A program made the translations under genes and the position numbers. A DNA stretch of 64,000 nt. Source: Iphione sp. A-MEVVRFRX5. Its lineage: Eukaryota. Where the stretch lies: positions 23,374,001 through 23,438,000 of the forward strand of contig OZ320321.1 of assembly GCA_976226885.1 (NCBI GenBank), written 5' to 3'. Under the pieces are notes generated by a model that worked only from the letters and a program-made list of their open reading frames with translations, did no database searches and had not been told where the DNA came from. Below, one piece after another: positions 34,291 to 46,457 of this stretch (positions within the stretch are counted from its first letter, which is position 1; each line of letters begins with the position of its first letter).

Positions 34291-36774
34291 GGTAATTTGC
34301 TGGGAGTTAATGCTAAGGGAGTTTGCAGTGATGGAAATTGAAGGCTGCGACGGGTGGCAGTGTGGATGGGGAGTGGCGGTGGGAACGTAAAGTAGGATGG
34401 TAGGAGAAATACTGGCCATGGCTACTGTACATGAGAATGGGTTATCGAAGGGATCTAGGACATAAGCGATAAAGGTTGTCTCGGCGGTATAATCAGACAG
34501 TCTGACGATCAACGAGAGGGTCGTCAAATATCTCAAAGGATTCAATATAAACATGTGAGATAATCCATCAAAGAACAGAGATGGCTCGAATACTAAGGCT
34601 TATATTGTCAAGATATGTTGTCATTTCCTGGATTATTGTTGTGATCATGGGAGAATTCGAATAAAGACATTGGTGATGTAACCAGTATCACAGTTCAACC
34701 CTTTGCTTGAGGAGTGTTCGGTAAACTCGTACATGACTGGATAATGACCTTTAGGTGTGATTAATTGTTTCGTACCATACACACCTGACACGGTGATCCT
34801 CGATATGGTTGAGCCCCGTCTAGTACGCACAAACTTATAAAAAAATTGGGACGGAATAAAGCTACAAATGCATGTATGTACACCATTTTGTCCCCAAGAT
34901 CACTGACTTCCATATCTAATTTCATTAAAATCTGAGCATAACAAATGATAGCGCGAGGACTGGGAAGTACTGTCTATAACTTTTTCATTGGAACATTTAT
35001 GTGATAAAAAGATTACTTATCTAACGACCTCATATTTTTTCAGTATATTCCTGGCAACGAAAAATGTTGTAGGTCTAATGTATGAGCCTATCCATATGGT
35101 AAACCCACATTCCCCAATCATGAACATCTTTCAAAGCACTAAGACCCATACAAAATATCAATTAAATGCAAATGTTCAAAGAGGTAATAGAACCCAAACT
35201 AGACCAATGATCATACAGTCAAACTTCTGTTTCTCACCATCCCTTGGTTCCCACCTCAAGTGGTCACATTGGTGACTTTCGTCGAAAATCGATAATTGTT
35301 AATACAACAAATCAAAACTTCTGATCCCTTCTCAGGTGATCGTATTAGCAAGAAAAGTCATAAACCAATGTGGTCGAAAATAGGAGTTTGACTTTAATAA
35401 TTTATGACTTGAAACCTCTACTGAACTCACTGTAGCTCTTCCTAACCCAATGCTAACCCTAACCTTCTTTCAGGATTGAGATGGACAAGGCATTAATGTC
35501 AGGGCGATGGTCAATGCTGTCTTGAATGACTTAGCTAGGTAACCTTTTAAAGGGTCAATTTGTCATGTTCTTTTTACCGGCTATGCCATACAAAACCACT
35601 GTAAGGGTGAGCATAGATACAAGCATCATCTGAGCCTGCAGCTGGATGCTTTGGTAATGATACTGATGGCTATGCTGAAGGACAGAGGGAGCGAAGGTTG
35701 ACAACATTAATAATAAGAATCTATGACATTTGTGCTTGATGTCTTTCATATGCTGCCACAGACTAGAATAAGTAATGACATCTCCACGTCTTTCACTGAA
35801 ATCATAGCAACTCTGTTTCTCTTAAAGACGTGTCTAGTGGACAGCAGATGTATGTATATGCCAGAAACACATGGGAAAGTACCTGTTTCTGCCACCTCAA
35901 GGAGACCACTACAGGTTTGGTGTTGCAATCAGGAAAGTTATTTGGAGAAAGGAGGGGAACTGTATTTTATTTAAATACATGAAAATAAAAAACTTTAATT
36001 GTTATAACACTCATGCACGGTGAGTTGACTATGTGCTTCTTTGCTATCTGCAACGTTGACATTTTGTATCAAACAATCAGTTGTGAATCAACTGGGAAAG
36101 AATATCAAGCAAAATAACAAAAACGTATCAAACTTGTTCTAAGGATGTATCGGCTACACCACCACTTAATCTGTGTATCAGTATTCTACCTCCAAGTAAA
36201 TGTAACCTCCCAAGCAGGTCTATGGTAGAGTGCGGGAAAAAGCTGACACTGAGATGGATAGACATAAACTGATCCTGTTGAGTACTAGGATGTTCTTCAT
36301 CATTATGTCCCACGCTAATTGACGGCCAAGGCGCTGCCGTCCTGCTTAGAGTGTGGTTTAAGTAGGTGGCGTAGTGATATAGGGGAAATCCTTACAGAGG
36401 TGGGCGAATGTTAGATGGGTAAATGGATGAATGGCACAGTTCCTGCTGACTTAAGAGAAAATACCACCCCCCCCCCCGACATACCCCCGCCGCCCTTTTT
36501 CATAAGGCCTGGAGTAAGCAGACCCGACTAACCGCCATAACTGCTCAGAGATCCAACCCCCAATCAGTTATATCGGCTCCTCGAACCTAGCATGTTTTAT
36601 GGATGTATAATTGCTGCATTTATCTGCTTGTCTTGCGCCTAGTCTGGTGAGCTTTTAAGCCACTTTATTACTGAGAGTTCTGTGTTGATGGACTGATATA
36701 TCAAAAGACGGCTGTCAGGCACATTACATGTATTTGTTATGGCTAATCTAGTCTCTAAAATGCAATTCAAAGTA

Positions 36775-37320
36775 CAGTAGAGCCTCTCTTAGGAGACCAA
36801 GCTTGGGACTGACCAATTTTGGTCTCAACTCTCAACAGTCTCCCCTGTGAAGCACTTGTCTTCTGTGCTCCCAAATGATCCCCAAATGATAATAAATGTT
36901 AATCATATACAACAAAAGAGAAAAAACTGATATGAACTCTTATTCATTAAATTATATAAATCCTTTATACATTGCCTAGGTGATTGAGATTGGGAGCAAG
37001 GTTGCACCTCTCGCAGGGGTTGGTGCCCATCAAAGGAGCAAGAATCATACTTCGTTCCCATTGTCAGGAGCAAAGTCGCACCTCTCCCAGTTGTTGGTAC
37101 CCATCAAAGGAGCTCTTGGTTGCCTCTGCAAGGCAAAACCTGGTCTTTGGTACTGAAATTCTTGGTCTCTCCCTAGAGGTGGTCTCCCCTGTGAAGTGGT
37201 CTCTATTCAGAGGCTTTTATATATAGGAAATGTACAGAAATTTGTTCTGTTCTGACTGATTTTGGTCTCTCCCGAGGTTTGGTCTCCCCTGTGAAGCGGT
37301 CTTTAGGAGAGGCTCTACTG
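36775..37320. mobile_element. TA-flanked MITE (CAGTAGAGCCTCTCTTAGGAGACC...GGTCTTTAGGAGAGGCTCTACTG)
   Basis: Clear TIRs and TA flanks; same family as 28022-28199. Confidence 0.8.
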
Positions 37321-40300
37321 TATACGATTTCTATGAACTACAAGCACTTGGGATGTTCGCCTATCCAGTAACAGTGCCAGTGCAGACCTACAGTTGGTAT
37401 GCATTACTTCTTGTTGTACATAAACCATATGTAAAACTGTCACTTTTTTAATTAAAAACATTTACTTCGAAGTAGATTTTATTTTGTATGACAGAATTAT
37501 GCTAAATAAATAGGTGTAACTACCTTTAGATCAAGTGCTTACATCTACACTCTTCTTAGTTTCATTATAGCAAGTGTGAGATCTCAATGGACTATATGTT
37601 AACTCCCCTATTATCATCTGTTTTTAACTTCCACAGTATTCTTACAAAATAAACAACTATAAAGAAAGTTAGATTTACTAATTAAATATTTATTTATAAC
37701 TAATTGATAAATCAACTAGGGATAAAATATTGAACTGTTACAGTTTATATACACATAAAATCAGCTTTGCCAACACTTTGTTTAACCTAGAAACAGAAGA
37801 GTTGCATAGCATGTACTGGTGCATGCTGGGATAGTACTGATTTGGTCTATTAAGACATTTGACAACAGAGCAATATCATGACAATTGCTTAAGTCGGCAG
37901 TTACTGATAAACGTCAATTTAAAACCTGTGTAAGGCATGGAATATGTCATTTAAATGGCACTACAGTGAACCTGTTCCCTGACCCTCATGCAGAAATGAG
38001 AGCAGAAATAGGGTTGTAGTCGTAGACCTTTCCAAACGGTAAGTGAAGGTGTCAATGGGACAAAATAACCCGAAAGACATTTGACCACTTCCAAAATGGA
38101 ATTTCCATGTTAAGATTTACACTCTATCAGTCAGAAGGTTATGTACATTAGATAAAACTTACAGCAATAGGACCTATAGCAATTCAGTGTAGGTACTATC
38201 CCTGTCATAATGTTATAACTTTCAATAGAAGCACTACCGCTGTATGCTAGTATCCTTCTCCCTTATTATAGGTCTAAGCAATTAGGGATGGCATTGTGTG
38301 CTGGGCCAGGATATCCCAGTGCCAACAGCTCAGGGCTGGGACAAAGTCCCAGTATGAGGCTGGAGGCACTGGGATATCCAGCCAAGCATGAGGAAAAAAG
38401 ACTTTAATCACTGTTCTGATATGGTTTTGATTGAAACTAACCTCCACATTAGATATATTCATAAGTATGTCACCAGCTACAAGGCATGTTTACCTATAGC
38501 ACCATTCTGAATGAATGCAGTGCACATGCTTTTAGGGTCGTGAGCATGCACGTTGGTGACCTAATTTTCAACTTCCAGTTTTGGCCGTACATGATGCAGT
38601 GGAAAGTCTTTGTATAGATCAAAATATTGGTCAAATTACCTTCCAAAGACATCAGAAAGGTCTGTTCCTGTTATATTCAAAGCATTAATGTCTTATTTGC
38701 ACTTTAAACAGTCTATTTTCTCCATAGTTCAAGCTTATAAAATCGAGTCAATGTCCATCATCCATTTTGTGTTGCTTAGGATCGAAGAAACATACATGTC
38801 TTGCTCATCCAATGAAAACACAATCATGTAGCATGTAGATTGAGATGGGTTTGTCACATGGGATTAGTCTGCAGTATAAATACATTCCCTGGACATTGAA
38901 AATATAGGTGTGTCACCACCAACCATATAAGAACTAATGTCCTAGGTCATTGAATATTGTTTGCTGAGATACCAAATATATGGTGTGGCATATCGGGTAT
39001 GTCATCGTTGATAACTGCCAGTAGTCTGTTTTAAGGTTCTTCTCAGAGGCTCCAAACACATAATGTAAGTTCACACAAACACATCATGTAAAGTCTGGTT
39101 ATTTGAAGATGAGTTTATCAAGCTAGATAAGAATAACTTTTAGACATAACCTTTTCGTTGAACCAATTGTGGATGTTTCCACTTCTTTTAGCCATTAATG
39201 ATGATTCTTAGGGTAGTACTGTTTGTAAGAAAATCCTTTTCCAAAGGTTAGGAGGATTGGTGGGAGTAAGGCCATGCAGTTGTTAAGATACGTAAACTTG
39301 AACGTCACTGTATTCATTTGTATTGCATATTTATCAAATGATAATGATGTATGTGAACATGGTCACATATGAATCTGGACGGCAAAATCATACAAATCTC
39401 CAAATTTGTCAAATTCCCAATGGAAATGCCAATTACCTTCCAGTGATGCAGCTATGAGAAATAACGTGGCACTTTCCATCCTGTTATATTAAATATGTCC
39501 ACACTGTCCACTGTTCGGTCCCGGGATCTACAAAAAGAATGGATTACTATGGCCTAGGGCCATAGTAAAGCCAACAATCCGGGGGGGGGGGGTATTAGAT
39601 GATGTTTACCAACTGAATTTGCCGACTGAATTTGCCGACTCAGTCTGTGAAACTCAACATTTGGGGGGGGGGGGGGGGGTCACACCACCCAATCCCTATC
39701 ATCATCCCGACACGCAGTGGTCCCTCCATAGCCGATATTTTCTGTTCCGTCCTTTGGCTATATGGGAATCTTCACTTGTTGATATCGTTGTGGAAAGTGC
39801 CATTTGGTTCATCTGACTATCCCATTCGACCAAGGTATGGTAGAAGGACAGAGCAAGAATGGCTCGAAGGGAGGAGGAAAAGTCCGTCTTGGAGCATCTG
39901 ATGACCCAGTCGACCAAGACAGGGTGACAGCAGGTAAATGCTTCTGAGATGTTAGTACAATAGAAAGTATTTCTGTTCCATATCTATCCCCAAAAATGGT
40001 GATCGTTATTTACCAGCAAAGAAATCTACAATACGTTAACATGACAGTTGATGGATAATGTATGTGAATGATTCGCTATATATGGTAGGTGTTAATATGT
40101 TCAAACACGCAATTTCAGATTCATTACTCCATTCAAATTGTGATTATGAATATTGCACATTCATGGCATCACTAGCCGCCATGTTGCAGCAGTCCAACAC
40201 TAAAGAATATCACAGAAATATAACTTGCGCTTTTGTGCCAGATTTCTTGATATGACTCCTACCCGGTACAACTAATGACCCTCTAATTGCCTAGGGAGCA

Positions 40301-41020
40301 TCACACTCTCTCGGGCTGTGTTGGTGCACGCTCAAGGTACAAATGTCAACAGCAAAGTCTACTCCCTCTGCGTAGAGTTTTTGATAGTTTCTCGCTGGTG
40401 GTGGTGGTGGGGGGGGGAGGGGGAGTTTGCGCGATGGCAATTAATTGGACTAATAACGGTGAAGTGCTGGACGGCCAGGATGGATGGATGTGCCGAGGGA
40501 GTTTAGTGATGGTGCACCTGTCCTCTCGTTAGAAGCTGTAAGACGATGGGCAGAGGCTGTTACATTGGTGACGCGCAAGGTACACGGCTTGTTAAAACTC
40601 ATGACCGAAGACACCGAGCCCAGCTATAAAACACGCCGTCTTTGGTTACTTTGTGCATAAAAGCTAGAGAAAGATTTGATACTTTCGGGGGGATTTAATA
40701 CTTTGGGGAGTATAAGAGCGTGTGTATATGAACGCCGTGCATTCATACTTCCGGCGTTTTATTCCCAGGTGGGGCTAAACAGAAGAAAAATAAGGCTCGT
40801 TTCCAGCAGAATCTGCCCAAATTTAACAGGTGGGCTCTGGTCTGGGATGGTGTGTTATTTTTTTTTGAGGGCTTGTAAGCGAAAGAGAGCGAGGGAAACT
40901 AGTAACCTTATGGACAAATTTACTCTTTTATGTATTTGGTTGAGGTTTCCCTTAAGACCGTTTGCTTTGTGATAATGATGTTTATGAATAAAACGTGGCT
41001 GGTGATGACTGTGTCCTGCC

Positions 41021-41255
41021 GATGCTACCTTGATGTTGGAATCTGAATTTGTTCCATTCCAAACTGCCACCCATTGTGATAGGTCATGTGATGTAGTTCC
41101 TTGGTTACATCCCATGGGGACCCATAGCTATTCAACAAATGTTGAATATTTCCACATATAAGTTGTTTTACATGTCAAGGGTGTTCTGTATTCGATGAGT
41201 GATTGTAGATTCTCATCTGGATCAAGGTTTCGTCTGTATAGACTCGTCAGGCATC
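41021..41255 (-). ncRNA. Type I hammerhead ribozyme with a 186-nt stem III loop
   Basis: GATGC-CUGACGA-GUCU(AUAC)AGAC-GAAA-CCUUGAU (41255-41221) pairs with AUCAAGG-UA|GCAUC (41034-41021); all core nucleotides present; predicted GUA cleavage between 41026 and 41025. Confidence 0.8.
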
Positions 41256-41442
41256 ATGATTTTGCAGTGATCAAGGTATCAACAATTGTTGATTTTGTGT
41301 GTGGTCCTATAGCCTTGTATTTGGCTTGGCCATGTGTGTTCTATCACAATGGGGTCAATGTGTGTACCACATTGATGTTTCTGGATGTCCTTTCCAGTGT
41401 CCCAGGACCCCACAGTAACAATAAAATTTTTGAACGAGGCAT

Positions 41443-44085
41443 CTAAGATGTGGGGTCTCGTGACTTGACAAATTGATAGATAGGTGCATCTATCAGGTTG
41501 AGGCCATGCGGGATAAAACTCTGTAGGCGGAACATCCATTTTCTTTCTATTAAGTTCCTAAGTTCTTCAGCTCTAATGCTTTCCGAATTCACGTAGATGA
41601 AATCCCCAATGTGTATTTCAACATCATTCAGTCCACAGTGAGTACCGGAGTTAAAATGTGCGCCGATGTCACTGTCTAGGAGTGGTTTGGTGATTTTGTA
41701 GAAGTGATCCTGGGATCTATCCATGACCATTCGTTTTGTTTGTCCCACATATTGTTGGTGACATTCTTTGCATGTAATGCAGTATATTAGATTGGAGCTC
41801 TGGCAGTTCACGTTGTATTTCGCTGTGTACCTTTTCTTAGTTACTGAGGAGGTTATCTCTCCGGTAGTGTTGATCTTGGTGCAATATCTGCAATTCTGTC
41901 TTTCACATGCTTTCAGTGCTCTGCCCTGTATGGCTGCCCTGTGTTTATCCGCTGTATTACTTTCAGGACTGTACCTTATTTTTGCTCTTACTAGCATTTC
42001 TCTGAGGTTCTTTGGGCGTTTCAGGCCAATTATCAGTTGGCTACTGCTAAGCGATCTGTTCGCATTTGATCTCGATAGGATGTTCCAATTTGCTCGCACT
42101 GTTCTGGAGAGGTTGTTGAAGGTAGGATGATAGGTAGTGACTAATATAGTCTTTTTGTCATCGTCTTCTTTGCTCTCAGTGTTCTGTAGCAGCATTGGTC
42201 TGTCTTTCTGACAGCTTCGAATGTAGCTGTCACACAATAAATCTTGTGGATAGCCTCTCCGTTGAAAGTGGATAGATTTCTTCAAACACTCTCTTGTGAA
42301 ATCTGAGTCTTTGGAACATATTTGCCTGATTCGGAGGAATTGACCATATGGTATCCCTCTTGTACAGTGTGGTGGATGGACTGATTCGTAACGCAGGTAA
42401 TTGTGTACATCAGTTTCTTTGTTGTACAGTGCGGTCCATAGTTGGTCATTCTTATGGTGGACTGTGACATCTAGGAAATTTACTGATTGATGTGATATTT
42501 CCTTGCTGAACTTTATATTGGGATGGACTTCATTCAGGTGGCAGACGAAGTGGTTTAGCTTCTCCTTGCCTGCGTTCCAGATGACAAATATGTCATCTAT
42601 GAACCTTAGCCATACTACTGGTTGTGTGTCCCAGGAGTATACATATCTTTCTTCAAACCATGCCATGAAGATGTTCGTGAATGTTGGGGCCACTCTAGTC
42701 CCCATCACTGTACCTCCTACTTGTAAGTAGTGCACACCATTGAATTCGAAATTGTTACATTTTGGAACTAATTGTAGCATTTCGATAATCAATTGATTTT
42801 GGGGGATGTTTGTGTTTGGCATTGGATTTCGTCTATGCCTCAGCAACCATGTTCCCACTGCTCGCTTGCCTTCCTCGTTTGGTATGTTTGTATACAGGGA
42901 GGTTACATCAAGAGTGCAGAGAATTGAATCCTTCTTGATTTTGTTCTTTGTTTTCTCTAGGATTTCTAGGAAGTGGGTGCTGTCCCTAACATAGGATGGG
43001 ATCAATGGGACTAGAGGTCAAAGTAGGATGTCCACTAGTCCAGATAGTTTCTCGGTTGCGCAGCCGTTTGCTGAGACTATTGGTCATCCAGGTGGTGGGT
43101 GACCAATTTTGTGTATTTTGGCCAGAAGGTAGAAACATGGTGTACGGACTGTATCCGTTATTACAAGTTTCATCACTTTTTCTGATAATTCCCCATTTCG
43201 GAATAGTATGGTTACCAGATTGTTGGCTTTCATGGTGAATTTTTCAGTCTTGTCTGTGTCCATTTTCTTAGAGAATTTGGAGTCAGACAGCTGTCTTATG
43301 CCTTCTTCTAGATATGTGGTGGTGTCCATTACCACTACGGCACCCCCCTTGTCTGCGGGTTTGATTATTATGTCCTTATTGGACCTGAGGTTCCTAACAG
43401 CTTGTTTCTCTCCCTTTGACAGATTACAAGTATGGGGGGCGATAATTGTACTGTTCGACAGGTGTATTTCATTCATAGTAATGAATGTTTCTAGGTTTAT
43501 GTTGCCCAATGGGGCCTTGCGGTTGGTGTTCTTCTTGAAGGGTTTGTTCAAGATAATTTTGCTGTCAAATGATGTGTCGGAATTGCCGGAGTCTTGGAAG
43601 AAGTGCTTCCACCTTATTTTTTCATGGAATCTGTCAAGATCTGCAAATTTCTCAGATAACTCTGGTTCTCCCGGTGTGGGGCAAAATTGTAAACCCTTGT
43701 TTAGCACTTCCAATTCATCATGTGTCAGCACATGGCTAGAGATATTAACAACATTAGATTTTTCTGTTAATGACAATTTATTCAACAAGGTCATAAACGT
43801 CTCTCTCTCTTGGATGAACGGAATGTTCAGCCAATTATCATCTATAACAGCATTGTTGTTAGTGTTAGTAAAGTCAGGACAACATTCAGAATATTTGTTA
43901 GGTGGGGAGTCCACATTCCGGGCGACATGAATGTCAAAACTGGATGTGTCTGGGGATGTCAGATTGTCAGTCCCCAGATGATTCTCACAAGGACATATGT
44001 CCGCGTGATGGCTATCTGTACCTAATATGGTACCTGGCGGGTTAACATAATGTTTCACATATGGAAAGCCTTGATGAGGGCCCAT
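41443..44085 (-). pseudogene. PLE reverse transcriptase + GIY-YIG endonuclease: one reading frame with two premature TGA codons (43086-43084, 43020-43018)
   Basis: IIIKPADKGGAVVV, KIHK..PPG*PIVS, LDVTSLYTNIP, GT.MG, LRFIDDIF, C-x4-C-x2-C linker, NLIYCITC..C..QYVGQT. ORFs 43084-44085 and 41443-43005 are in the same frame. Confidence 0.93.
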
Positions 44086-45169
44086 TCCCTCTTGCTCAGG
44101 CCTCTCGGACCATCTTCGCGGTGGTTGTCCGGTACGTCCCTTCCCTTGTTCTCCTGGTACTTGTTGTTCCTGGGACGGCTTGGAGAGCGGTCCCGTCTCT
44201 GAGCCTGTTGTTTCTTCTTGGACGGCCCAGGTTGTTCCTCAGACGATTGTCGCTTGGTTGCCCGGGCTTGGCGGAAATTCTGATTATTCTTCTTCTTAGA
44301 ATTATCGCCAGATGACCTGTCTTGTGTGTTTGATGTGTTTGGTTCATCGGGTTCTTCCTCCTCAGCTGATCTGGGGGGATTTTGGCGACTTGGTTGATAT
44401 GCCCCCAGCCCTGTTCAGTCAGTTGTCTCTGGCTCAGGAACTGAAGGCGCTTGTTTAGGCTGTGGATCAGAGTTGCTTTAGCCTTTCCTACCCAAGTGGC
44501 AGTTACTCCTACTGCTGGGTCCATGGCTTCAGGGGTGGTCCCGCAAACGCGTTCGGTGGCCTGTAGGTAGATGTCATGATTTTCGATCACCATGTTGGCT
44601 TTCTTCAGCCTGTAGCCCAAAGTCGCCCATTGCAGTTGGAGAGTGTGCATCTTCCTCATGTCAGCTGGTTCCTTCATGAGTTCTGGTTCATCCTCAAAGT
44701 AGCTGGGCATCTCGCCGATGCCGGATGCCCACGGAGTGGTGATACCTTGGTTGCTGATTTGGTTGTACCATGCACCCCGAATTTGGCATTTGGTACCATA
44801 CAGTAGTTGCTGGTGTGACTTCTTCCACATGTCTTCAGCAGCCTGTGGTAGTCATGACCGGTTGTCCTCGTTTTCCTGAAAAGTAATAGAACGAGGAGTT
44901 TTATTGTTGGGGTCATCTATTGATCGGCATGTGATCGTGAAGGGACCCTTGGGTGTCCTGTGTTCAGGGTTAGTGAATCCCGCAGTACCTGAAATGTTCA
45001 GATTTTTAAACCTATTGGACATAGTTATTTCGGTACTGTCTATGTGGGTCAGTTTGTCACAATTAATCACCTGACTAAAAGTTGGTTTTAGTAGGTTAGA
45101 CAAATCAATGTTATCAGGTTTTCTCCCTGTGTCTGTTGGGGCTAAGGGAGGAAACTCTTGGTCGTTCAT
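44055..45169 (-). pseudogene. PLE upstream ORF1-like gene (~370 aa) with one TGA (44854) and one frameshift near 44410
   Basis: MNDQEFPPL start; ORFs 44852-45247 and 44096-44830 are in frame; helical NHDIYL..P segment. After a frame switch it reads ...AEEEEPDEPN...RRDRSPSRPR...GLSKREWALIKAFHM* ending at 44055, in a frame different from the RT ORF. Confidence 0.55.
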
Positions 45170-45736
45170 ATTGATATTAGAATCAGTCTGTTGTTTGGTA
45201 CTGGGTAGTTGTCTCTGCTGAGGTGTTTTCTCAGGAATGACAAACATCTCAGTGTCTGTTACGAGATCGTTTACAAGGGTGTTTATTTTCCTACGTGTTT
45301 CTTCTCGTAGGCATCCACCCGTGGGGATTACTTCCCCTAGGTTTATTCAAGCACTTGTCAAACAAATAAACATCTTTTTCCCCCGGGAGCATTACACTAG
45401 ATTTGCCGTACATACTACTTGTAACACATTAGATTTATAAGCTGGATAGTAAATGTGGATTGCTTAAGGGGGATTTGTAATAAAACTGGGCTGGGGGGAC
45501 ATAAAGGTTTGGATAAGTTGTTGCCTATCACTATCATTCATTAATAGATATTTTTTTCTTTCATGTTCATGACCATGACAATTTGTCATTATATTCATGA
45601 CGAATTTGATGTCTAGGGAATATAATGAATAATGTACTATTTGTTTAAAGATAATCCAGTGGAAATAAAAAGTTTTTTAAAAAATAATATTTACATGAGC
45701 CTACATCTAAGCTGTCTGTCACCTTTTGCGTGCAGT

Positions 45737-46457
45737 CCCTGGTCCTCTCACCCACATGAAAAAGGGACGCACCTGATTGTTCCAAAATAATTTAGACCCC
45801 CCTATTCAAGAATTTTGAGAGAAATTTAACCCCCTATTTATATGAAAACACAATATTTTGGCCATTAAAGTACCCCCCCTTTTTCAAGATTTCAAGAATA
45901 AATTCTTCCCTTCTATTTTCACATACAGAATTGTTTTAATGTTAGTGTAATGGATTAATACTTAAGAGAGAGAGAGAGGGAGAGTGAGAGAGAGTATGTA
46001 TGTATGTATGAAGGTTGAGGCATGTCATTGGAAATTGTGTAGTTTTTCATGGAGGATGAGACATATCTGTAAGTTTTTCATGGAGGTTGAAGCACATTGG
46101 TGGAAATTGTGTGGTTTTTCATGGAGGTCAAAGCAGATCAGTTGAAATTGTGTTTTTTATCCAAATGATATGCAAATTAGAAAATATTTCATACATACAT
46201 ATACATACATACATACATACATACATACCCCCCTATTTGCAAGAAAACGCACATTTTTGGCCTTGAAATACCCCCCTTTCTTTTATACCCCATGTAACCC
46301 CCTATTTGTGTGAAAACACGAATTTTGGGCCTTAGAACCCCCCCCCCCCCATTTAAGTATTTCAAGAAACGCGTTTAGACATGAATATAACCCCTATTTC
46401 CAAGAAAAATAGAATGATCATGCGGTCCTTTTCCATAGACAAGTGCAGGGACCGGGG
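45737..46457. mobile_element. Non-autonomous DNA transposon with CCC...GGG termini and subterminal CCCCTATTT repeats (CMC/EnSpm-like?)
   Basis: ~45-bp imperfect TIRs (CCCTGGTCC...AAAAAGGGACGCA versus TGCGGTCCTTTT...GGACCGGGG); flanked by TGCAGT on both sides; internal (TACA)n. Confidence 0.6.

Larger units (their letters stand above)
41021..45247 (-). mobile_element. Penelope-like retroelement (Neptune/Naiad-like architecture), inactivated; exact ends uncertain
   Basis: Upstream ORF, RT plus GIY-YIG ORF, and a hammerhead ribozyme downstream on the same strand. Confidence 0.9.

Noticed and set aside
33826-34554. 242-aa Pro/Thr/His-rich ORF and G-quadruplex potential
   Set aside because: The ORF is explained by the GGGT minisatellite; no domain or splice support, and G4 potential is generic for such repeats.
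18700-40900. Numerous 60-120 aa ORFs as possible host exons
   Set aside because: No recognisable domains and no consistent exon chain. Small exons of a host gene spanning the window cannot be excluded without RNA-seq.
43018-43086. In-frame TGA codons in the PLE as selenocysteine (reported for some Naiad PLEs)
   Set aside because: They fall at Arg positions (PPG[R]PIV, L[R]PL), not Cys positions; CGA-to-TGA decay is simpler.
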